A model generated the notes under the pieces. That model worked only from the letters and a program-made list of their open reading frames with translations. It was not told the origin of the DNA and made no database searches. This document shows positions 1 to 12,628 of a stretch of DNA of 64,000 bases, piece after piece (position 1 is the stretch's first letter; the number at the start of each line of letters is the position of its first letter). The DNA is from Camelus ferus (taxonomy: Eukaryota). A program made the translations under genes and the position numbers. The DNA lies in contig NC_045697.1 of assembly GCF_009834535.1 (NCBI RefSeq), positions 104,720,001 to 104,784,000 of the forward strand, in the 5' to 3' direction.

Positions 1-89
1 AAGTCAGAGTAGCGAGAGTGGAAAGAACCCGAGGAGAACAGAAGCCCCTAGATGTGGTGGAGGAAATGCTTTCACTGGCATTATTTTAA

Positions 90-235
90 GTCATCCTCAC
101 AAAACCCTGTGACTTTTGGATCCTCCTTATCTTACAGACGGTAAGAGGGGCATCCTGAGACGATACTAGCCCGAGATCACCCAGCAGTTCGTGGCGTAGG
201 CGTGGCTCAAACCCGAGTCCCCGAGCACCTGTTCA
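90..235. mobile_element. MIR-like SINE remnant
   Basis: TCCTCACAAAACCCTGTGA..TTACAGA..GAGATCACCCAGC..CTCAAACCCGAGTC follows the MIR core pattern. Confidence 0.5.
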
Positions 236-892
236 GTTTTCTTCAAAACGAGCTTAGGATTTATTTCACTGCTCCGTGTATCACCACGTGTATAGTGGTT
301 ATATGAATGCATAGAAAAAGTTTCTCTACGTTCAAGTGTAACCTCTAAGGGATAGATTGGGAACTTTAAAGGGGTGGGGTGTGGAGTGCATAGGAAGTAC
401 AGCTAAAAAGTCATATATGTCACCGGTTTCATACATGTTACTGGTGACTGTTTTACTTAACAAGAAACAGAAAATTGAACATTTTGCATATCAGACACTA
501 ACTTTAGGGCTCCTTGCATTCTCAGAGTTCATCATTTACATGCCTTTTTGCTTTCTCTGTTGAAATTATCTGACCCACCCTTCCTCTGAGCATATACCTA
601 TGCAAACCCTAACCAGTTCTTCAAATCCAGATCACTAGATTGTGACCTGCTCTCCTAGTCAGAAAGATCCTCAAAGATAGAGTCTGTCCTTAACCACTTT
701 TTAACTTTGCACCTAGCAGAGTCTGGCTCAACATAAGGACTCATATTTTTTCATTTTAATGGAAATGACATCCTCCCACTCCTAGGTTTTACATACAGAC
801 TTTCCCAAGCAGTTATGGTCCTTATTTCCCTCTCATTCTCAACTGCTACTTTCTCTACTAAATTTACACTTGAACTTTACAGGATTTCCATA

Positions 893-1354
893 TATCAAGG
901 GGAATCATCAATAATCACTCTATGATAAGAGTTTCTTTTGAGCCAAACCGAGAACAAACAGTTCTCAGGAATAGCTCTGAGGAACTGTTCCAAGGAAACA
1001 TGGTTTAAGGTTTTGTATCTTGTCAAAGCAAGGCACATGACTAGGGTACACCCCTTCAAGTTTTTTCAGCAAGTACCTAAAAAGTCAGTATGGCCTTTGT
1101 GTCTGGAAAGGGAGCTATATCAAAGGAGTACTAGCATTGATGTTCCAGGAAGGGAGACATTTATCTCTTATCTGCAGAAGGGACATTTTTCTTCTGGTTA
1201 ATGCATCCTTTTCTTTAATGGTGAAAACAGGTGTACAATGTATGTTTAATAGGCCACAAAACAGGCTTTTCTAGTTAGCATAAAGCTTAAGTTAAATCAT
1301 GTGTAAGCCAGAATGAATTCTCCACACCTCAATATGTGCAAATTTCTTCCACCA
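893..1354 (-). mobile_element. ERV1-class solo LTR
   Basis: Colinear homolog of 34383-34910 (shared ..CTCTGAGGAACTG.., TACAATGTATGTTT, TAGCATAAAG, TAAGCCAGAATGA). LTR-sized; ends in ..CA. Confidence 0.7.
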
Positions 1355-3199
1355 CCTCATGCAACTGAAATGCTAAAGACTAGTGCTAGTAGGATGTAGT
1401 CAAACACAAAAAGACCACTGGACTGAAAAAAAAAAAGTGCAAAGTGCATTCTAGTCTAAGCTGGCCCATTCAAGAACCTCTCAAGAGTCATTATTTGTAG
1501 GGAGGGAAAAAAAAAAGTCTGACTGAAAAAAATAATAAGTATTTAAACTATTATTTTATGAATAAATTGGGTACCTACAGGGGAAAAAAAGAATGATTAT
1601 TTGTAAAAAGGCTTAACAAAGCTACCTTTCCTACTTTGGACACAAGAATAATATAACCATCATATGAGATGCTAGATAAAAAGGCATTTTATATATAATG
1701 TACACATATATTTACAGCTATGTATTGTTAGCATTATCTAGAGTCACTTAAAAACCTAGCTAGGGTAGTAAAATAAAAATTAGATTCCTAATACCTTTTT
1801 AAGCATATGATCAGAAGTCTCTGCAACTCATATCCTTTAAAAGTCAAATTTAATTTTCTGGAATCTCCCTCCAGGAAGCAGAGGGAGAACTCCCAATCTT
1901 TCTCTCCAGAGATTTTTGTTGTGGGGGAAGCACTTAGACTTCATCATTCTAGTCACCGCTGTGAGTCCCTGCTTCTGCTGAATTACTTCACTTTACAGAT
2001 TATCTGGTACTCTAAGATGTGCTTTGCCCACCCGCCCAGGGCAGAGTTTCTTTTGTCTTGTTTTGTTTTTCGGTCTGTTTGGTTTGTTGAGATAACCGGA
2101 CCACCTAAAGCATCTAGACTACATGACGCTTAAAGTGAACATATTACCAAGTTAATATAGGCTGAGATGGAGGAAAAACTTGGCAGGAAGTGGAGAAAGG
2201 ACAGAGTAAAAGAAGCCAACTTGGGTTGTTTCATCATCCACAGTATCAACCTGTGGGCAATGACCACTGCTAGAAGTGTGCAAGAGATGCTTCCTGCCCC
2301 TTGTGAAATACTTCAGATAACTTTGTGAGCTGCTAGGTCTCACCAAGTTCCTATGTGATTATTCTAGTTGGAGAAATCACAGGTTATTTGCATTTCTTTG
2401 TCGTTTATCATAGCTTAGACACTACATAGTATAGATCTTTTTTTAAAAAAAAATGAAACTGACACAGTCTGGGACATTTGCTCACTGTAAGAAACTGAAA
2501 AAATACATTTTAATTACTATTTTCCTCTATCACCTCATTCCTGAGACTTAGATTTGCTCAAGTTTATGCAGATTTACTGAAGGTTAACTGTATGTATTGT
2601 CATCAGCTTTCACTCCTTTCAAAAGAGCCCTGTTTTCCATCAGGAAGAACCCTGAAGTAGGATGCAAAACATATGCCAAATGTAGATTTTATTTCTTGAA
2701 ACTTAGTCAAAGATTTATTTAAAAATATTGAGGGCATCACTCCTGTATTCACAACAGCCTTCCACAACCAAAACTGTGATCTTTAATTACCTGTGAGTCT
2801 GTTTGATTCCTTCATTTATATGCTCTTTTTTTTTATCCTCTTAGGGTTCTAAGAAAAACCTCACTGATTGGGAAAACCACCGCTGACTCAGGCAGGTTTA
2901 ATTGTGGTTGTTTTTTTACTATGTTCTGGGCAGCTTGTCAACAAACCACATTTGTCAAACAAGGAAGCAAAACCAACTAAAGGGCTCTCAGTCAACTTTC
3001 CAATGTGCAGAAGTTGAAGGTTAATGGCCCAGGGGTGGATGGGGGGAGCTCCTAGGAAGTTCATTAACAAGGGTTAAACAGCTTACTGGACACAAGGTAT
3101 CTTGCGTTTATACCTTCTGTGGATATGTGTATCTTTTTGTGTGATCTTGTTTGCTTTACTTTATGGTTTGGAGCCTTGTTCTCAACTCTGTGCATTTTA

Positions 3200-3335
3200 G
3201 GATCATTGGGGGGAGCTTTTAAACAATATCTGTGTCTGGGTCTCTTACCCAGAGATGCTGATTTAATTGGCCTGGGGTGGAGTCTGGGCATGAGTATTTT
3301 TAAAGAGCTCCCTGGCGAGTCTAATGTGCACTCTA
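3200..3335. mobile_element. MER5-type hAT MITE fragment
   Basis: GGGGAGCTTTTAAAC..CCCAGAGATGCTGATTTAATTGGCCTGGGGTGGAGTCTGGGCAT..CTCCCTGGCGAGTCTAATGTGCA motif. Confidence 0.7.
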
Positions 3336-4104
3336 GGGGTGCAGGATACAGGGCAGGCTTCTATAGGGGTGGTTAGGATATTTGAAGTATGTAGGGTATG
3401 CAGTGTAGGCATAAAGGCAGTGTAGACAGTGGGGATATATTTTGTTTATGGCTTAACAAGAATTGTGAAGATTCCCTCAACTAAATTATTTTGAGTTGAA
3501 GTGATTGTTATGTGGTGAAGAATAGAGTGTTCATCATATTGAATTGTTGGAGAGAAAATTTTGTAATTGGGTCAAGAAAACACTACAGCCCTCGGCTAAC
3601 TGCTTGGTATTGGAATTTGCATTAATGCGTTCTCACTGCTAAATATTCCTAATTTCTTCAATTAAAAAAAATCACTACAGTTAGGATTTTTTTTTTGTTG
3701 TTTTACAAAGCCCTTTTTAACTGTTCCATACACATTTTAAAATCTAGAACTCAAAGTTAGATATAAAACTAATAATGGCCAGACCAATGCTGAGTTCAAA
3801 ATTTGAGTGCACAAGGGCCTATAATAATGTGACAGGAGAGTTCACAGACAATGAGAGAGAAAATCCATTTATTGAGTGCTCCTCTACACCAGGCACCATA
3901 CGTGGTTCTGGAGAAACTGCCTAAATCTCCTTCTGAGAATGCCAATCAAATTGTTGGTGTTAGGGATAGATTCCAAGTAATCTGAACAGAGTGTGTCCTC
4001 ACAAAGCATTCAGGAAAATGCTAAAAATCCATTTGACAGGAAAGAATCTAAACCTGGGAGTCACCTCAACTCTTTGTACTCCTCTCCCCACTCCCCATCA
4101 GTCA

Positions 4105-4548
4105 CTACTAGTCCAGGTCCCTGCAGAAAAAAGACTCAAAAGGCTTATTAATTAAAGAGAGTTTAACCAAAGAACTATTTATGGAGGTCAGGGAAATTAA
4201 GGGAGTCATCAAGATTTATGAGGTACCCGGAGACCAGCAACAGCTGGAAGCTATTACCATCCCTTGTCCTGAAGAGGGAGAAGGAGAGGACTGTATTACC
4301 AGAACCCAGAAAGAGCTGTAGCTGTGGAAGAGGGGCCACCTAAATACAAGTGTGGCCACAAGCAGAGGAGAGAATCCCCCTGCCTGCCAGTCTCTTACCT
4401 GCCTCCTTTTAAAAGAGCCCAATCCAAAGCCAGCCAGTACGGGACCTTGGATGATTCAGTCTGTAGAGTCAGCCACCCTACAGGGTACAGAGAAGGGCAG
4501 AGAAAGGTAGAAAACGGTTCTGTGGGGCAAATGGAAAATAACCAACAA
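4105..4548. mobile_element. ERVL solo LTR, LTR33-like
   Basis: Matches recalled LTR33 order of motifs (GAGAGTTTAA..ACTATTTA..; TTACCATCCC..GAAG..; GGGGCAAATGGAAAATAACCAACA). Confidence 0.6.
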
Positions 4549-5624
4549 AATTACCAAGTTTGACTCTTCTTAAATTTTTAAAACTCTGCTCTCTCCTGTC
4601 AATGCTTATTACTACTGCCTGCATTCATCTTCTTTTGATCTTTTGCCTTGTCTGTTATAATGGCCTTTTTTTTTATCATCCAGCCTTCAGGCATATACCC
4701 CTTAAAATTAATCTTTCATTTTCCATGCTGTAGCTAGAACCATCTAAAAAGCAAATTTCCCATTTAATGACTCCCTAACACCTATAGCTGTGTGTTGTAA
4801 ACTTTTTTTTTAAAGTATTTATATGGAGAATAGTTCTAAATCCTAATTAAAGATCTCCCTTAGAAAGGGGGAGGTAAGAGTCATGTTGAATGTATAGGGT
4901 TAACTATTTAAAAAGCAAAACAAAACACTGAGGTTGTTTCGTTTAGAATGTGTTATTTGAGTAAAGGAATTAAAGGTCTTTGGTTCCTCAGTGGCTAAAA
5001 GCCCCAAGATTGGCTACTTGCAGTGTCCTCCCTGGGTAAAATGAAATAGTTGAGCCAATTAGAATTGAATGTTAGAAGTAATGAAGTGATAAGGATACCG
5101 CATCAACAACTTTTGTAGCAACCTTGGGGGAGCTAGACAATCAAAGTACAGGCTTTCTTTTCAAATGCTAGAGATGAGACAAATTGACTTTGAAAAGACT
5201 GAGCCCCCGGTCCCAGTCTAGGCTTGCTGTAATAGGCCTTCTACACCCTTTGCATTGGAGGACTCTGGAAGACCCGCTTTGAAGGAGATACTGTAGCTCA
5301 GTGATTGTGAGATCAAATACTGAAGCCAGACTGTCTGAATTTGAATACTAGCCCTGCCACTTACCACCCAGGTATCTTGAACAAGTTAAGTTACTTACTT
5401 CTATACCTGAATTTCCTTATTTGTAAAATGGTACCAGAGTGAGAAAAGAATTGTGATTATTTTCTCTGATCTGCCTGGTGGTGCCCTAGAATGATGGCTC
5501 AAAGGCATGTCTTTATTTTGCCTAACTCCAAACTAGCCTAGTGCTAAAGGTCCATCCCAAGGGTGTTGGTTGAAAATATTTATAAGTCTGATGTCATATA
5601 GGCTGCTGCTGCCTGAGGTGGTCA

Positions 5625-5935
5625 GTTAATAGCTGGGGCAAACAGTAGACTAAACAAAAAGCTTGTGAGGAAAGACTGGGGAATGAGTGTCCTGTAAGAA
5701 CTTACAAAACTGACAAAGTCCTGAGACTGTAGAAGGCCAAACTCATACTTAGGGCTGTGTGCATGCTCAGGAAAGACCCAGAAAAGCCTGAAACTCTCAC
5801 CTCCTGCTGCCCTGAAGGCTCTAAGAAAGCAGGAAATAAAGGCTAAGGTAGAGTTGTAAGGTGTCTGGCGAGTGTTGAAAGCCGGCCACAGCAAGCACAC
5901 ATAGGACCTCTGCAAAGACGAAGATTTTTTGGTTC
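5625..5935 (+). mobile_element. Ancient L1 5'-region fragment (L1M/L1MC-type)
   Basis: Resembles recalled old-L1 5' sequence (GGGCAAACAGTAGACTAA..AGGGCTGTGTGCATGCTCAGGAAAGACC..AAGGCTAAGGTAGAGTTGTAA). Confidence 0.55.
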
Positions 5936-5941
5936 TGGATA

Positions 5942-8007
5942 CAGGCATACCTCATTTTATTATGTTTCACTTTATCACACTCCACAGATCCTGCATCCTT
6001 TACAAACTGAAGGTTTGTGGCAATCTCAAGTAGAGCAAGTCTGTTTTTCCAACAGCATTTGCTCACTTCGTGTCTCTGTCACATTTTAGTAATTCTCACA
6101 GTATTTCTAACTTTTTCATTATTATTATGCTTCTTATGCTAATCTGTGACCAGTGATCTTTGATGTTACTATTGTAATTGTTTTAGGGTGCCATGAACCA
6201 TGCCCATATAAGACAGAGAACATAATAAATGGTGTGTGTGTTCTGACTGCTCCATCAACTGGCTATTCCCCATCTCTCTCCCTTTCCTCTGGCCTCCCTA
6301 TTCTCTGAGACAGAACAATACTGAAATTGGGCCAATTAATAGCCCTCCAATGGCATCTAAGTGTTCAAGTGAAAGGAAGAATCACGTGTCTCACTGTAAA
6401 ACAAAAGCTAGAAATGATTAAGCTTAGTGAGGAAGGCATGTCGAAAGCTGAGACAGGCTAAAAGCTAGGCCTCCTGTGTCAGTGAGCCAAGCTGGGAATG
6501 CAAAGGAAAAGTTCTCGAAGGAAATGAAAAGTCCTCCTCCAGTGAACACACGAATGATAAGAAAGCAAAACAGCCTTATTGCTGATACAGAGAAAGTTTT
6601 GGTGGTCAGGACAGAAGATCAAACCAGCCAGAACGTTCCCTTAAGCCAAAGCCTAATCCAAAGCAATACCCTAGTTCTGTTCAACTCTGTGAAGGCTAAG
6701 AGAGGTGAGGGAGCTGCAGAAGAAAAGTCTGTAGCTAGCAGAGGTTTGTTCATGAAGTTTGAGGAAAGTAAGTACAAGGTGAAGGAGCAAGTAGTATTGT
6801 AGAAGCTGCAGCAAGTTATCCAGAAGATCTAGCTAAGATAACTCATGAAGGTGGTTACACCAAACAGATTTTTAATGTCAATGAATCAGCCTTATAGTGG
6901 AAGAATATGCCATCTAGAACTTTTCATAGCTAGAGAGGAGAAGTCAGTGTCTGGTTTCAGAGCTTCAAAGGACAGACTGACTCTTGGGGCCAACACAAGC
7001 TGGTGGCTTAAAGCCAATGCTCATTAATATTCTGAAAATCCTAGAACCCTTAAGAATTATGCTAACTCTACTCTGCTTGTGCTCTGCAAGTGGAACAGCA
7101 AGCCCTGGATGATAGCACATCTGTTTACAAGATAGTTTACTGAATACTCTAACCCCAATGTTGAGACACTGCTCAGAAAAAACAGAAATCCTTTCAAAAT
7201 ATTATTGCTCACCAACAATGAACCTGGTCACCCAAGAGTCCTGGTGGAGATGTACACAAAATTAGTGTTGTTTTCAACAGTGTTGTGCCTGCTAACAGTG
7301 TCCATTCTGCAGTCCATGCATCAAGGATTAATTCCCACTTTCAAGTCTTATTATTTAATAAATACATTTTGTAAAGCTATAGCTGCCTTGGATAGTGATT
7401 CCTCAGATGGGTCTGGACAAAGTCAGTTGGAAATCTTCTGGAAGATTCACAGTTCTAAATGTCATTAAGAGAGTTTGTGATTTATGGGAAGAAGTTAAAA
7501 TATCAACATTAACAGGAGTTTGGAAGAAGTTTGATTCCAACCCTTAGGGGTAACTTTGAGGGGTTCAAGACTTCAGTGAAGGAAGTAAATGCAGATACGG
7601 TGGAAACAGCAAAAGAACTAGAATTAGAAATGGAGCCTGGAGATGTGACTGAATTGCAGCAATCTCATGATGAAACTTTAATGGATGAGGAGTTGCTTAT
7701 TATAGATGAGCAAAAAAAAAAAAATTTCCATCTTGAGATGGAAACTACTAGCGAAGATGCTATGAAGTTTGTTGAACCAGAAAATGGGATTTAGAATATT
7801 ACATAAACTTAGTTGATAAAGCAGCAGCATTAGGAAAGTTTGAGAGGATGGATTCCAATTTTGTAAGAAGTTCTACTGTAAGTAAAATGCTATCAAACAG
7901 CACTGCATGCTACAGAGAAACCATTCATGAAAGGAAGAGTCAATCGATGCTGCAAACTTCACTGTTATCTTAGTTTAAGAAATTGCAGTGGCCACCCCAA
8001 CTTTCCA
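5942..8007 (+). mobile_element. Tigger1 (TcMar-Tigger/pogo-like) DNA transposon, 3'-truncated, decayed transposase
   Basis: TA|CAGGCATACCTCATTTTATT left terminus. Transposase start MASKCSSERK at 6350; fragments NTRMIRKQNSLIAD, EDQTSQNVPLSQSLIQS, ILQSMHQGLIPTFKSYYL, ELELEMEPGDVTELQQSHDETL in shifting frames. Right TIR not seen. Confidence 0.93.
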
Positions 8008-8303
8008 GGCTGTGATAAGGAACTTATATTTCATCACTGTGTGATGGAGAGCCACAGTGTTTTAAGCATTGGCTTCTTATCTTGCTGTATCTCTCTGGCT
8101 GCTGGTGGAGAATAAATTTGGGGGGAGCCAAGAGTAAAAGCAGGGAGATCAGTTTGTGGCTGTTGCAGTAGTCTGGGTAATCAGTTACAGTGGTTTAGGC
8201 TATAGTGGAGATAAAGCGATGTCAGATTCAGATATTTTGGGGGGGGTAGAGTTAGCAGAATTTGATGAGAAATTAGCTGAGAAAAAAAAAAAATCCATGT
8301 ATT

Positions 8304-8580
8304 AACTGTGGTTACCAAGGGGGAAGGGTAGGGGAGGGTAAACTAGGAGTTTGAGATTAACAGATAAACACTACTATATACAAAATAGATAAACAACAAG
8401 GACCTACTGTACAGCACAAGAAACTATATTCAGTATCTTGTAGTAGCCTATAATGGAAAAGAATCTGAAAAGAAAAATATATATATATATATATGTACGT
8501 ATATGTATAACTGAATTGCTTTGCTGTACCTCTAAAACTAATATTGTAAATCAACTACACTTCAGTAAAAAATAAAACTT
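8304..8580 (+). mobile_element. L1 3' end (5'-truncated) with degenerate TSD, inserted in an older L1
   Basis: GGTTACCAAGGGGGAAGG..AAACAACAAGGACCTACTGTACAGCAC.. with A tail; flanks AAAAAATCCATGTATT / AAAAAATTCTGTGTATT. Confidence 0.85.
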
Positions 8581-8584
8581 AAAA

Positions 8585-8870
8585 AATTCTGTGTATTGTA
8601 TGATTTCATTTACATAAAATTCCAGAATGGGCAAATCTACAGTAACAAAAAGATTAGTGGTTTCCCAGGGCTGGAGGCAGGGGATGGTGAGGAGCAAGTA
8701 ATGGATTGACTGCTAATGGGTATAGGATTATTTATAGGATAATGAAGATGTTCTGGGATTAGACTGTGGTGGTGGTTGCACAACATAGTGAAAATACTAC
8801 AAACTACTGAAGTACATGCTTTAAAATGGTGACTTATGTTATATGAAATACATCTCAATTTTTTTAAAGT
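8585..8870 (+). mobile_element. Old L1 (L1MB/L1MC-type) 3' end
   Basis: GTATGATTTCATTTAC..GGCAAATCTACAG..GATTAGTGGTTTCCCAGGG..GGTGGTTGCACAAC.. typical of old L1 3' UTRs. Confidence 0.75.
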
Positions 8871-10004
8871 GCTAGAAAGGGAGGAAATGACCTGACAAGG
8901 GTTACAATTTCTGGAGAAGAAACTAACGTTTGAAAAATTAGAGTATACACAAGCCTTAATCCAATTCTTCATTATTGCTTCCTCTAAAAATTGCATCAAA
9001 GTGTATTTAAATGACTAGGTGAAGTGCATAGACATTCAGGAAGGTGATAGTACTTGAACTAGGTCTCGAGGAATGGGTAGTATTTGGGATATGCCTAAAT
9101 GAAGGGAACAGTATTTTTCTAGGAGAAGAGACCAGCACAAGCAGAAGCAAAAATGGATGCTGGAGAGAGTGCATAAAGCTATCGCCACAGAAAGCTATTC
9201 AGTTGTTTTAAGTTGAGTAGCAGTGGCAAATAAAATTGAGTGTATGGAACAGATCCAAATCATGCAAAACTGGAAACTAATATAGGGGAGACTCTTGATT
9301 CTGAAGGCAATAACAGGATAGTGTATTTATTTTTTAAGAAAAGGATAGAATTCACATTTCTGGAAGACTGGAAGATTAGTCTGACATCAGTTGCAAGATG
9401 TGGAAGAATTCTGGCAAGAGATAATTTAAACCTGAACTAGAAAAACATCCCTGTGAATAGCAGTAAGTGGGGCTTAAGGGTTTTTTTTTTTCCCAAAAAA
9501 CAGAAGGATTGTTTGGAACAAATTGCTGGTGATGAAATAAAGCACTAAGTAAAAATGAAACATAGGGCAATTAGGAAAATTGAGAGAAAAATGGACATTG
9601 GGAAAAGATGACAATAGATTTGACAATATTGAGAAAAACACAGTTTGTAAATCAAATCTCAGTTTAACATTAGGACTAGAGATGCATAATTGGAGGTCTT
9701 CAGTATAGAAGTGATCATTGAAGCAATGAATGATTTTTTTTCTTCAAATAAATACATAATACTGCCAAAGGACTTTCAATAAGATGACAATATTCTCAAA
9801 TGTACTAAATTATACAAGAAGGAATAAATATGGACCTTGGGCAAATCTGTTAATCTTTCTGTGCTTCACTTCATTCTTTTGTAAAATGAGGATAAGAAAA
9901 GGACTTGGTTCATAGCATTGTCTGGAGGACTTTATGAGTTGCTACACATAGGCACTTGAAATAATGCCTGATATAATAAAAGCTCAGTAACTGTTGATTT
10001 TTTT

Positions 10005-10180
10005 TTCTTAAATAACAGAAATTTATTTTCTCACAATTCTGAAGTTTAAGATCAAGATTCAGCTGATTTGATTTCTGGTGAGGGCTCTCTCCCTGGCCTG
10101 CAGACTGCCACCTTCTTGCTCTGTCCTCACATGGCCTTTTCTTGATGCATGTGCACAGAAAGGGAGCTCTCTGGGGTCTA
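10005..10180 (-). mobile_element. MaLR MLT1A/B-type LTR fragment
   Basis: AACAGAAATTTATTTTCTCACAATTCTG..GGTGAGGGCTCTCTCCCTGGCCTGCAGACTGCCACCTTCTTGCTCTGTCCTCACATGG. Confidence 0.7.
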
Positions 10181-11190
10181 TTTTTTTTCCAATTTTTATA
10201 GAGGTAAAATATATGTAAAATTTACCATCTTAACCACTTTAAGTTCATAGTTCATTGGCATTAAATATTTTCATAATATTGTACAACCATCACCTACAAT
10301 CATCCTCATAACTCCTTTCATTGCATAAAATTGAAACTCTATACTCATTAAACAATAATTCCCAAGTCCACCCTTTCCCCAGCTATTGGCAACCACAATT
10401 CTACTCTCTGTTTCTATGAATTTGATTACTTACTCTAAGTACTCCATATAAGTGAAATTACATGGTATTTTTTTTTATGACTGTCTCATTTCATTTAGCA
10501 TAATATCCTCTGGGTTCACTTCATGTAGCATATGTCAGAATTTTCTTCCTCTTTAAGGCTGAATAATATTCTACTGTATGCATATATCACATTTTGCCTA
10601 TCCATTCATCCATTACTGGACATTTGGGTTTCTTCCATGTTTTAGCTGTTGTGAATAATGCTGCTATGAACATAGATGTACAAAATACCTCCTTGAGACC
10701 CTGCTTGCAGTTCTTTTGGATATATACTCAGAAATGGAATTGTTGGATCATATGGTTATTCTACTTTTAATTTTTTGAGGAACCATCATACTGTTTTCAA
10801 CAGCAGTCGTATCATTTTACTTCCCCACCAACAGTGCACACGGGTTCCAACTTCTCTAAATCCTTACCCACACTTAACTATTTTCTGGTTTTTTTATGCT
10901 AACTATTCTACTGGGTGGAAGGTGGTATCTCATTTTCATTTTAATTTGCATTTCCCTAATGATTAGTTTTGTTGAGCTTTTTTTTCATGTGCTTATTGGC
11001 CATTTATATAGCTTCTTTGGAGAAATGTCTATTCAAGTCTTTGCTGGTTTTCAAATTGGGGTTTTTTTGATGGTGGCAGTGGTGAGTTTTAGGAGTTTTC
11101 TATATATTCTAGATATTAATCCCTTATCAGATATATAATTTGCAAATATTTCTCCCATTCTGTAGGTTGCCTTTCTACTCTGGATACTGT
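10181..11190 (-). mobile_element. Old L1 3' part (L1MA/MB-type) with ORF2 C-terminal remnant
   Basis: Minus-strand ORF remnant [19 protein letters not shown] followed by L1 3' UTR. Confidence 0.85.
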
Positions 11191-12259
11191 GATTTTTATT
11201 ATTACTTGCAGTGACGTCAGTTATCCATGAGGTACCTGGTGTAATGGAAAGAGCAGGATATAGAGGATTTGATTTCAAGTCCTGTTCACATTTGTTATCT
11301 CTGACCATGTGATCAGTAGTACCTAGGTACACAGTTGTGTGTTTGAATTCCAGATCTACCACTTATTAACAACCTGGACTCAGGCAGAATTTTGAAACTT
11401 ACTTTCCTCATCTGAAAAATGAATATAATAAATCCCACCTTATATGTTCTTTTGAGATTAACAATACTATATATAAAGCACCTGGTATATAGAAGGTGAT
11501 GATTATTTGATACTATTTTAGTGCTTTTGTTCCCTCTTTGGGTTGCTTTAGTTGTATACTTCAGTGATCTAGGGAGAGATTATCCTAGAGTGGATTTATC
11601 ACCGTAAAAAAATGTGGAGACCACTTAGTGCTATTCTAAGGAATAAGGATAAAGAATAGGGGGTGGGGTACAGCTTCATGGGGTACCTTATCAACTTCTG
11701 TGATAAAGGAAAGTTATGTTTAATTTCAGTTTCAAAAATTTCTTTCTTAGGCTAAGGTGCTCAGTTTCAAGCCATTTGTTTGATGACATTGGCAGGAGGG
11801 AAGAGAAATAGAAATTCCATATTGTTCTTTGCAGCAAAAGGCAGTGTAATAAGGAGAATCATTTGATAGCAAATCTTTGTTTTTCTCTATGGCATATAAT
11901 AAATATACATAAACCTGAAATTTTTATTCGGATGTGCAAATGTGTAAATAGTCAAATTACCTTCAGTTGTAAATATGGTATTCAATTAATACTAATTAAG
12001 AAAACATTAAAAACAGTATAAGTATACAAGTAGAGCTATACAATTGTCCCTTTAATAAAGACAATTGAAAAGAAAGGGTAGAGCTTTGTCTCATAACACA
12101 TTGTGTCCATTTCTCTCCTGAAAATAATAGATATCATAATGTATAAAGCATAGTATATCCCATAATAACATTTTTATTAAATGGTTGAAATGAAGGAAAT
12201 AAATTTTAATTTTTTATTCACTTGAACATATTAAAATCTAATAGAGTTAAATACTATAT

Positions 12260-12628
12260 TATTTTAAAATAGCAATGATAAATTCATTAAATATTACCAT
12301 ACATAACATTTTTATGAAAAATAATTATATTTTCCAAAACAAAAAAAAAAAGGGCCTGAGTAGAATGGCATTGTTTAACATTTTCAAATCTCATTAATAT
12401 CTCACTTAATCAAAAATTCTTATATCTTCTCATTCTATCAGTGCAATATGTTGTTTCAGTAGTTTATGAAGAAAACCCGGCCTGACAAAGATACATAGTT
12501 GTAAAAGTGAGGAGTCTTCTAATAACATTTTTGCATAATTGTGTGTATTTTCCTCTGATACAATGCTCAACAAGTAATAGTTTCTTAAAGGATAGTTGCA
12601 GTACAAAATCTGAAAATATATCTGAACC
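12260..12628. mobile_element. Charlie1-type hAT DNA transposon, left piece (split by GHITM retrocopy)
   Basis: Matches recalled Charlie1a internal sequence (..GAAGAAAACCCGGCC..GATACATAGTTG..TTTCTTAAAGGATAGTTGCA..), which resumes at 15120. Confidence 0.75.

Noticed and set aside
6350..7800. Intact Tigger transposase / TIGD1-like gene
   Set aside because: Multiple frameshifts and stops split it into short ORFs in different frames.
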